Assembly: GCF_006345805.1 (NCBI RefSeq)
Contig: NC_043000.1
Coordinates: forward strand, 163,618,001 to 163,682,000
DNA length: 64,000 bases
Source of the DNA: Octopus sinensis
Lineage: Eukaryota
Direction: 5' to 3'
Position numbers and translations under genes: made by a program. Numbering within the stretch: position 1 is the stretch's first letter; each line of letters starts with the position of its first letter. The notes beneath the pieces are model-generated. The model saw only the letters and a list, made by a program, of their open reading frames with translations. It made no database searches and was not told the origin of the DNA. Positions 54,148 to 64,000 of this stretch are shown one piece after another.

Positions 54148-54701
54148 GAGTGAGAGAGCAGTTCATGCCATCAAAGTGACACTGGGGTAAAATATACGAA
54201 GCCCAATATACCCATCATGACTACCCTTCTGATAAAGGTACACCAGGCACATGCATCACAACCATATGTGCGCGACATGGTAATCTCATATCAAGATAAA
54301 CAGCGCATGACCTTGCAGGTGGGGCCCAGTTAGAATTTTCTTCAGGTTGAGTAACCCATCCCGCTCAAAAGGTCCCTGAATAAGGGTTGTTTAAGGATGT
54401 TGAAAGAACCACCCATGTTTCCAGAGGTGAATTATTCAAACCCCAAAGAATCCCTCTCAACACATGGCTATGATGCTCCCCCACTACTTCTGCTCGTGAT
54501 TAGAGATGCACATATCGTCAGCCACTAAGGGACATGCTCAACTGGTTAAGGTCAAACAACTGACAAGCAAATCTGTGGTATTGAGCAGAATATTTGCTGT
54601 AGCCCATCTTTTATACCAAGACAAAACAATGTACATGATAACACTTCCAATCAGTTAAGATCAGGAGCCATGAGAGCCACTGCCTGGTACTGCATCAGGG
54701 C
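54148..54701 (-). mobile_element. Roughly 550-bp non-coding interspersed element flanked on both sides by (ATT)n
   Basis: Second copy at 55171-55596; no ORF and no tRNA head recognised. Strand inferred from the adjacent LINE orientation. Confidence 0.75.
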
Positions 54702-54720
54702 ATTATTATTATTATTATTA

Positions 54721-54767
<47 letters not shown>

Positions 54768-54768
<1 letters not shown>

Positions 54769-55048
54769 GATATGAAAACTCACAGCTTGTTTTCCTGAGT
54801 ATAATTGAAAGTGTCAGCTGTCCACACCCAGCAGATTTAGGTGACACTTGTTTACTGGTCATGCTTCAAGAAATCTGCGAAGAATTCTTGCAGTTCCAAG
54901 CTATGATGATTTTCGTAGGTTTTCTACCTTCTCCCTTGCTCCGATATTTTTCAGCCATGTCGGTAGTTGAGTGCTGATACTTCTGAGGGCATCAGTTACT
55001 ATTGCTATCACGTCTATCTCTTCATTGACCACAACCTTCATATTCCCC
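54768..55048 (-). mobile_element. R4/Dong-clade LINE C-terminus and 3' UTR ending in (TAA)n
   Basis: IVTDAL.SI...LPTWLKNIG...LRK..LGTARILRRFLE, typical of the R4 restriction-like endonuclease end. Confidence 0.75.
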
Positions 55049-55076
55049 ATTATTATTATTGTTATTATTATTATTA

Positions 55077-55145
<69 letters not shown>

Positions 55146-55170
55146 CATTATCATCATCATCATCATCATC

Positions 55171-55596
55171 GAGTGAGAGAGCAATGCATGCCATGAGAGT
55201 GACACCGGAGTACAGATATACGAAGCCCACTATACCCGTCATGATTACCCGTCCGATAAGGTCATACCAGGCATATATATCACAACCACATGTGCGCGAA
55301 AACGTCTCACCTTGCAGGTGGAGCCCAGTTAGAATTTTTTTCCGGTCGAGAAGCCCATCCCACCCAAAAGGTCCTGGGATAAGGGTTGTTTGAGAATGAT
55401 GTACGAAATATGCATATTTCCAGAGGTGAATTATTTAAACCAACAAAAATTCCTCAAAATGGCTATCATGCTCCCCAACTACTTCCGCTCGTGATCTCTG
55501 TTAATGGACATGCTCAACTGGTTAAGGTCAAGCAACTGACAAGCAAATCCGTGGTATTGAGCAGAACATTTCCTGTTGCCCATCTTTTATACCAAG
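55171..55596 (-). mobile_element. Truncated second copy of the (ATT)n-associated element
   Basis: Collinear with about 54148-54620. Confidence 0.8.
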
Positions 55597-55830
55597 CAGA
55601 AAAGGAGTGGGGAGAGCGAGTCTCCTTGGAATATTCCTCTTCTAATATGGGTGGCTTTGGCTTTTATGTTGTATCTCTTATGTCTGAAGCTGTAGCGCTA
55701 CCCGCCATTTATTCGTGGAATGTTTTATATATTTTATGACTATTGGTGCTTCCTTGTTCATGGTTAGTTTTTCTAGGATCCATGTATTGGGAAAGTAAAG
55801 ACGGACGATATGTATAATTTGTCTGTCTTA
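55597..55830 (-). mobile_element. R4/Dong-clade RT fragment
   Basis: WILEKL.M...P..IKYI....KW..AL.L and GIFQGDSLSPLLFCL. Confidence 0.8.
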
Positions 55831-56500
55831 CAAGTCACGGCTTTGTAAGTTCCCTATTTAACGTTTTTTTGCATTTTTTCTTCATATTCGAACCCTTGTG
55901 GCTAATAATGAAAAGATAATTCAAACTCCTCCTCCTGCTTCTGTTACTACTACTACTATCAATTTCTTCAGTTCCCTATCACAAGCAACTGGTTGATCTA
56001 TAACCTTATTCGTAAATGTTTGATCTCACTATCTTCAAAGTATGAGGTCGAAGGTCAAGCTGATTGACTGCAAACATCTGTGCCCTGTCTGCGTTGGTCT
56101 GTGTATGCGTACTTCTGTGTGTGTGTGTATGTGTGTGTGTGCGTGTTCGTGTGTGTGTGCCTATGTATATGGCAATGTAGGCATCATTTTTTGGGTCATG
56201 TGTTTGTATGTGTTATTTGTACGTTTGTGTGTTAATTTTCCTTAAAGTGCCTCTATCTGCGTGCATATACGTGTGCGTATAGAAGTCACTTTTAACTATT
56301 TTCCTTGTTTCATTCATTAGCTGCAGCCAAGCTGGAGTAGCGTCTCGAAGGATTTGTAGTCCACTCCAGTTTTTGCTTAAACAAATTTTGTTTAGCACCG
56401 CTAACTTTAGGGACATATATACAGACACATATCATTATATACGGAAACTCATATACAAACACCATATATAACGTTTTTATAACGGCAGCACTTTCTAGAC

Positions 56501-56570
56501 CAGTGTTCCGCAATCGATATGACGTGGCACACTCGCGTGCCATGAGACGATGCTAGGGGTGCCACAGTGT
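56501..56570 (+). mobile_element. hAT/Charlie-like terminal fragment
   Basis: cagtgttccgcaa..gtggcacac..gtgcc preceded by ttctagac, the NTCTAGAN target preference known for Charlie elements. Confidence 0.55.
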
Positions 56571-56949
56571 AACCTGAATATAATTTTTCCCCTATACTTT
56601 TAGTTATTGCAGCGTTACTATCATTCCGAATATGCTTGATGCACGTTCGAACTGAGGAACAAGCTACCCACTGCGTTTTGACAAATGGTGTGTATACACC
56701 TGTATCGGTTCTCAGTGCCATCTACCTAGATAGTGAAATACTAGCATTTCGGAGTAGTTATCACCTCATCGGTGACAGATACTAGGGAGACAACACAAGA
56801 TGAATTAAGAGATTACCTCTCTAATGCTTTTCCAGTCACCGTACTTTTAGTTCAGGTGTGCTGCCGATTTCTAAAAAGATATATGTACCGCAAATTAAAA
56901 AAAGGTTGCGGAGCACTTGTCCAAACTACTCTTCATCCCTGTATAGGCT

Positions 56950-58315
56950 ACTAGCATTATGACCCGTCGTTGCCGTGTCATAGTGCTAGTGCATGTATAT
57001 ATGTGTACATATTACATGTACATCTATATATACATCTACACATAAAATACAAAATACAAGGTTATATCTTGATATCGCTAGTGATAACAATACTGAAAAT
57101 ATATAACAGACTGGAATTGTAGGCCCGTCTCTTGCAATTTCGATCAATTGTATCTTGTCCTCCCTCTTGTTTAGAAGTGTGGCTACAATCCAGCCTACCT
57201 CTACTTCTGGGGGGAAATTTAATTTTTATCCGAAACGTCCTATGTCCCAGATATAAAGGTAAAAATAAAATATTTCCACTTTGCAAGGTTCGAGTCGAGT
57301 ACTCCCTTGCACGCTCCGTTGACTCGAACCTTGCTTCTATTGTGGCGAATTTACCGCCTCTGGTTAGATATCTTTCATAGTCGCACCAAGACACTTTTCG
57401 ATGGTGCTTTCCTCCAGGTGTTCAAATCTTTTTTTTCTCTACATTGTATACTTTATAGACAATAGTCTTTTCTTTAATTTAATTTTTCATTTCGTTTGAT
57501 GGTGTTATCCTAGATTCACTGTCTTTGTCGGTGATCAGTCCGAAATAGGTTTGTATTTCTTCCATTTTAATTTTAATGAGTTCGCGCCCGCCGACGGCTG
57601 CAGCGAAATTCATTTTTGGACTTTCTTCTATCGAAGGCATTCTAACAAAAATGCTTCCGTGTAAACGGTGAAAATATTGTCAATTTCCCCAAACAGGGAC
57701 ACAATTCAAGTTTTAAACACTAACCAAAGCCCCTTCTCCCAAAGGGGGAGGGTTATAGTTTACAATTATTTAACAAATGGAACACAAGAACGTTTCCCTT
57801 ATGAGGAACCAACAAACGTGATAACAATAGTTAAACAGTAATAATAATAACAGTACTCAGTAGAAGCGCTTTTCGAGAAAACAGACATTACATACAGCCA
57901 AACTTCATATAGATACTTAATGCCAGCTAATTAGCAGATAATCTAATTTTAACACGTAATACTGAAATAGTGGAAAAGATATGATATTGCTATGGGCTCG
58001 CCCTAGACAAGAAGTTGAACATTTATTTTTTCTGCCCATGAAACTACATGGACCCTAAGTAAGGCATTTGTAAAATTTGAATGAAATTGGTTGTGTAGTT
58101 CTCAAGTTTTAGGGAATCGTAGTGGAGAGATATGATATTGCTGTGGGCTCGCCCTAGGCAACAGGTTAAAAATGATATTGCCGATGACACTCCCCAAACC
58201 CTAAGTAAGGCATGTGTAAAATTTGAATGAAATTGGTTGTGTATTTCTCAAGTTTTAGAGAACACAGACAGACAGACAGGCAGGCACAGATTCTCAGTTT
58301 TATATATATAGAGAT
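56950..58315 (+). mobile_element. Non-autonomous Helitron/DINE-like element (ends inferred)
   Basis: 5' actagca..tgctagt short inverted repeat; two roughly 150-bp tandem units (57985-58260); (GACA)n then ttttatatatatagagat end. Confidence 0.55.
57060..57660 (-). pseudogene. Decayed ORF1 of another Tx1-like lineage
   Basis: EKCL..YLTRGGKFATIEARF..E.A..YST..L..I...P.Y..R..RI.I..PP aligns with EKCL..YINWGPQFNTVVVRF..E.A...ST..L..I..VPYY..R..RITIRNVPP of 35756-36679. Confidence 0.7.
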
Positions 58316-59037
58316 ACCACTCCCTCGGGAGTGGGGAACTCGTAGACTGCCCCAGTAGCACACACTTTAGCTATGCCACTGTTCAAGACACCAATATAGG
58401 GAGGCATACCTACTAGATTATATTGACCCCTGTGGTTGATTGCTACCTTAGGTTTATTAGATTTGAACAAAGAACGTGAAGAGCTGTTTGTAAATATCGC
58501 GAGGCAGTCCAAGGCTCTCGCTATTCTGTCTCTTCAACTGCTGTGTCATAAGTTTGTTGGCCGAAAGGTGTTCATGTAGATAATATGACGTGAAGTAGAG
58601 AACAGGATTATTATGGTGATACTGATGTTTATGGATTTTATGCTGCTGGTGACGAAAATGGCAACGATGATGACGACGATGATGATGATGATGATGATGA
58701 CTACGACGATGATGATGATGATGATGATGACGACGACGACGACGATGATGATGATGATGATTAGGAGGAGGAGAAGAAGGAGAGGAAGACGAGCAGGGGC
58801 ATGGAGACATCAGTATTATCTGTATTATTTAGGTCACAAGTTAGTAGTGATTGAATAGATGCATGATCAAAGACATTCCATCCATGACGTTCTTGCTGAT
58901 AGTAGGTTCTGGAACTGTTATAACAGATGGTTAGCCTAAATAGACCTACCTGATTAAGAGACATATGATCGAAGATAATTCTAGTCTCGAGCCATCCTGA
59001 TTACTTAGTACACCACACGGAAAAAGAAGGAAAAATA

Positions 59038-59198
59038 GCAGGCATAGCTGTTTGGTAAGAAGCTTGCTTCTCAACTGCGAGGTCCAGGGTTCAGTTCCAA
59101 TGCGTGGCATCTTGGGAAAGTGTCTTCTACTATAGACTCAGGCCGACCAAAGCCTTGTGAGTAGATTTGCTAGATGGAAACTGGAGGAATCCCGTCGT
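59038..59198 (+). mobile_element. tRNA-derived SINE family A head
   Basis: Matches the copies at 11915 and 30655. Confidence 0.85.
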
Positions 59199-59321
59199 AC
59201 ACACACAGACGCACACACATAGAAAACAAAGTTATTTTATTCTGCACGAGTAGAAATATACGAAAAGTAGAAGTTGAAAATGCATTAAGAATAGTTAAAA
59301 TGTTTTTTTATTATTCCCATA

Positions 59322-59703
59322 TATGTGGAAGCACTCCGTCGGTTACGACGATGAGGGTTCCGGTTGATCCGATCAACGGAACAGCCTGCTCGTGAAATTA
59401 ACGTGTAAGTGGCTGGGCACTCCACAGACACGTGTACCCTTAACGTAGTTCTCGAGGATATTCAGCGGGACACAGAGAGTGAGAAGGCCGGCCTTTTGAA
59501 ATACAGGTACAACAGAAACAGGAAGTAAGAGTGAGAGAAAGTTGTGGTGTACAGCAGGGATCACCACCATCCCCTGCCGGAGCCTCGTGGAGCTTTAGGT
59601 GTTTTCGCTCAATAAACACTCACAACGCCCAGTCTGCGAATCGAAACCGCGATCCTATGACCGCGAGTCCGCTTGCCCTAACCACTGGGCCATTGCGTCT
59701 CTG
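59322..59703 (-). mobile_element. tRNA-derived SINE, third family, apparently full length
   Basis: Minus-strand head gcaatggcccagtggttagggc..gcggtttcgattc (A and B boxes) followed by a roughly 300-bp body. Confidence 0.85.
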
Positions 59704-59824
59704 TTTCCATAAATATATATATATATATCTATATATATATAATATATATATATTATATATATATATTTATATATATTTATATATATATATATATATTTAT
59801 ATATAATATATATATATTATATAT

Positions 59825-59870
<46 letters not shown>

Positions 59871-60299
59871 GTTACTTTGATAGCGTCTTCAAACCATGCG
59901 TTCCTCTTCTCCCTCCCCCTTACTTCCGTCTTTCTTTCGCTAGCTATTACGTTTAGAGTTCTTATTTTCTTTTTCCTTACCCCTCCCTACGTTTCAGATA
60001 TACTTCCTATCTCTCTTGTCTGTTATAACTGACTTGTATATGTATACACCAAGAGATTTCTGTATGCGGGAATGGTTGCGTACATATATGTATATGTGTA
60101 TATGTGTATTTGTGCGTATATTTATGTCTTACATATGTATGCCTGTATACGTATGGAACCATGTGCATGCATCTGTGTATTTTGATGTATATATGTATAT
60201 TATAGATGGCCTAGTATGGCTATATACTGTTGTAAAATATTTTTTGTAATTTAACGTGGTGGTGGTGTAATCTTTTTGATACAGAAGGACATCTATCTA

Positions 60300-60660
60300 C
60301 AGCTAGTCGAGAAATCTCACCATCAAAGTTCACCCTGATTAACAGGAACAAGTGCCCTCCCCAAATATCGTTCTCCAATCTGCAGGCTTATAATTAGAGA
60401 GATCCCATCCACTCTGACTGTCTTGCACTACTTTTACTCATCTTTCAATAAACTCCTTTGAAGATAATGTGTCCGTCTTCCCCTTCATCTTCCTTTTCAA
60501 GTTAAACTTGAAAAAGTCGATAAGGAATCGGCCAAAATGTAAAGCAACAGAAGCACTAGATAATGGACTGGTACTTGTTTGCATGAAACTATGTGTCCAA
60601 TGGGTTTGAAATCTCTTCAAGTCTTTGGCTTTATACGAAAATGTTGACAGCATGTTAGGC
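60300..60660 (-). mobile_element. Tx1-like ORF2 C-terminal relic
   Basis: FLIDFFKFNLKRKMK...LSSKEFIER*VKV versus SLVNFFKYHLKRRMR...LSNECFNKKWVKV at 31772-32038. Confidence 0.7.
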
Positions 60661-61892
60661 CTACGATTAGTTTTATGCTTTTGACATAAAGAGCATCGGG
60701 ATATTTTGTTGGTGGTGATGGCGGCGATGGTCTTTAGCTCTACTGCTACATCAACCCTGAACTGAAAGAAGTCACGATTAAATCTATTCTAGCTACGGCC
60801 ACCACCTTCATTCAATATATTTATATACCTATGTTATGTACCCTTTCTTTGTTTAAATTGGTAAGTTTAGAGGCGATTTGGTTGCTATTTCTAACAATTC
60901 GTCCAACCGAGTAGGCGATCTTGCTATTTAGGGATAAGCAACATCCCATGAAGCGTTATTCTTATCGTGCTCAAGCATATATCATCGTACATATATTTAT
61001 TGATGTCTTATTCAACATAAATAATAGCCACAAACAACAACTACAGCAATAATAACAATAAAAACAAATGCTGCTACCAAACAGCATCGCCAAAATTACA
61101 AACACCTAATTACACACTTTAGTTCTTTTCCAAGTTCTCTTGGCAAATTTTTCAATTACTTTTTACTTGAATTCCTCAAACACCAAGCCTTTATTTCGCA
61201 AACCCTACTAATTTCGTTGTATTTCTTCATCTGGCCGTAGTTCCATACTATTTCCTCTTCCGGCAATGGTTCCATTCTATTTCTCACAGATAATAGAGCA
61301 TCGATTTCTTCTTTCTATACATTTTAGTGGTTATAAAAATTAGATGTGATGTTCTACATTATTGGGCATTCCGTACTCTTCCCCTCAATTGTAACTCAAA
61401 ACTATTTATTCCAGTCTAGAAAATAAAAATTAAGACAAAAACACTTTACTTCTACGCCGATACTGAAAAATATTATTGGCTAATAATTTATTTTCCTCAC
61501 CGCATAATTATTAGTAGTCTATGTGACATGCAATCAAATACTTTAACACTAACTTACCTGTAACTCATTGTGTGATTTTTTTTTATGCGTATGGTTATTC
61601 AGAATAATTTTCTAAAGAATCCTATTTACCGACATCGACCAATGGACATTTTGTTCATCTGCTAAGGGATTCGTTCATCAATACATTCCGCAAGTTTGGT
61701 TAAGTCCGGAGTTGTGAGGGAGTTGTCTCTTGTACATGATACAAAAATGAAAACAATGTTATTCATTGACTAATATCATTTTTTTTTAGTTGTTTCCCAT
61801 CTCCACGTAATTATTTATAGTTAGCTATTTAATGCTCTTTCCATGAAAAATATTAACGTTAATTGCTTGTATTAATATTGCTAGACAGTTCA

Positions 61893-61985
61893 GGCAGCGT
61901 GCTGGTAGAATCGTTATTAGACCGGGCAAATTGCCTGCAGTTGTGTCGCCTGCCTTCATGTTCTGAGTCCAAATTCCGCTGAGGT
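61893..61985 (+). mobile_element. SINE family B head fragment
   Basis: gctggtagaatcgtta..gttctgagtccaaattccgctgagg. Confidence 0.75.
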
Positions 61986-62011
61986 TATACATACATACAT
62001 ACATACATACA

Positions 62012-62047
<36 letters not shown>

Positions 62048-62254
62048 TGTATATAGACATACATATATATGTAAGTATGCATGCATGTATGCATGCATTT
62101 ATGTATGTATGTATGTATGTATGTATGTATGTATCTTTGTATGTTTGTAGCTTGTTGTGAAGGCAATGGACAAAGGCAAAGAGAAAAGACAACACAAGTT
62201 GGACAAGTTTTGACAAATGTATTAATTTTAATGCTTAAAAAGAAGGTAAAATAG

Positions 62255-62290
62255 TCTTAACGTTTCGGATCCTAGTCCTTCATCAGAAGA
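62255..62290 (-). ncRNA. Minimal type I hammerhead ribozyme (dimer type)
   Basis: TCTT-CTGATGA-A-GGA-CTAGGA-TCC-GAAA-CG-T-T-AAGA: 4-bp stem I, 3-bp stem II, loopless palindromic stem III ACGT. Confidence 0.75.
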
Positions 62291-64000
62291 AAAGTATAGA
62301 AAAAAGCAAAGAAATAATTGAGAAACAAAAAATGAGGCAAGTCGAAATGAAGTTCTAACAAGTTGTTAAGAAAGGATAAGGGGTGGATGGGTGTGCGCGT
62401 GTAGGAATGTATCAGTGATTTGAGATTAGCAAAATAGGGAAATGCCGGGTGTGTTGTTTTTGATGTATGAAGAGTTGCGCATGTACGGAGCTACTGTAAA
62501 GAGATATAGCGAGGATATGAAATGTGTGTGTGTGCGTGTGTAATCGTTAAGTGCGGATGTGAAGAGGTGGGGGCAAAATTGAGTGTGATGCAAAAGCAAA
62601 GGGGAGCAGATTGTGAAGGGGTAATGTATGTAGGAGTATGGGCATAAGATATTGAGAGGAGAAACAGAGAAATAATTTGGACCCTCAATGAGAGAAAATA
62701 AATAGAAATATCACATTGATCAGTTTTTGTCTACTTTTGCCCAAGATCGATGACCAGCATCTAGTAGTTCATTGGGTGACTCTCTATATGGTGACGCAAC
62801 CCACCTGAAATAACAATCAAAGCTCACTTAAATCACACACATGTTGCTATAAAAAAGGGATAATGTGGTCCTAGGTACATTATGTCTATAAAGCAAGAAA
62901 CAAAATATAAGAAGACGGCACGGTTGGAATAGAAATAACCATGTCTCAGTATGTCAGTTCGATTGGAACCGATCTGAGATTAATGAAATAATAACTACTA
63001 CACGTGAACAGTTTTTGTTTTTTGGTTGTTTTTTTTTTTTGGTTAAATAATATTTTTGCACAGTTCGTAGTCAATCATCAAACCACTGTCCTTGTAGGTA
63101 ATATAAGAAAGCTTTAATAAGCAATTAATTAGCACCACCACCACCACCATCATCGTAGTCATCATCATCATACTTGTCATCATCAACGTCGTTATGAACG
63201 TCATTCGATCATTCTCATCTTCGCCTTCCTTATAATCACATCATCGATATCAACAACGATAACAACTGCAACATCAGCTCCATTATCTTTTGCAATAAAG
63301 TTAGTATCTTCATTTATCAAAATTATCATAATTAACGTGTTCATTATATAATTATATTATTTCCAGATCGTATGGTATTAGGCAATTAAAGTATACAAAT
63401 TGCTTTCTTAATTTGTAAGTTGTAATCTGCATCGCTAGCACTTTCACCAACACCGACGCCAACTTTGCAGCCAGCATTGCTGTCGCCACCATCTTGAACA
63501 TGAGCTGACTGCATGACAGGTCGTCTCTACGTGGTTGTTATTCTTGTTTAGCCGTTGATCTCTCCTTTGTGTGCTGAGAACACAAGAACAAATTAGTAAA
63601 CGTCTCCTTCCTTATGACAGTGGAGCGTGTTTGATGTAAATTTGTCTGCTGGTTCAATCAAGTTATGCAGCCTCACAGTATATCCCTCGTTGGTCTCTGG
63701 TGATGTCATGCTATGCTAGAAATAGCAGTCAAGTCTCTTTTTAGTGCCACGCAATCGCCTTAAGTGGAATAATACTGGTTAAAGTTAACCCTGTTATACA
63801 TTAAAACGAGATAATCACTACTGGAACGCTTATGCTCCATCAGTATTAACCTGGTGCCACCAATTTAAATAAAAACACACGAGGTACTGCCGTGATGGGT
63901 ACCCTATGCCTGGAAAAGATGGGATTGTCATGGCAGGAATGTGCTTTATATACCTATTTTCCTCAAGCTGTGTTTCTTTGTGTAATGTACATCCAGTTGT

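Noticed and set aside
59600-59703. tRNA genes at SINE heads (here and in families A and B)
   Set aside because: A/B boxes are present but there is no complete cloverleaf, and each continues into a SINE body.

Overview
AT-rich, repeat-saturated eukaryotic DNA. From memory, the SINE families and microsatellite load best fit a coleoid cephalopod (Octopus-like); this is inference. No intact cellular gene could be identified. Main contents: (1) a near full-length Tx1/L1-clade LINE (ORF1 with zinc knuckle; ORF2 APE-RT-Zn; several frameshifts) embedded with a second 3' fragment in (GATA)n/(TATC)n tracts; (2) a 3.9-kb 27-bp minisatellite that sits inside, and derives from, the last codons of a mariner transposase; (3) two Penelope-like RT relics and about eight hammerhead-ribozyme motifs, two apparently intact; (4) CR1-group, RTE and R4/Dong LINE relics, the last associated with (AAT)n tracts and a roughly 550-bp non-coding element; (5) maT, mariner, Tc1, hAT and Helitron-like relics, tRNA-derived SINEs and many microsatellites. 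Two unassigned decayed ORF regions and a few candidate minus-strand exons remain unexplained. The 1000+ aa ORFs in the track are artefacts of the satellite.
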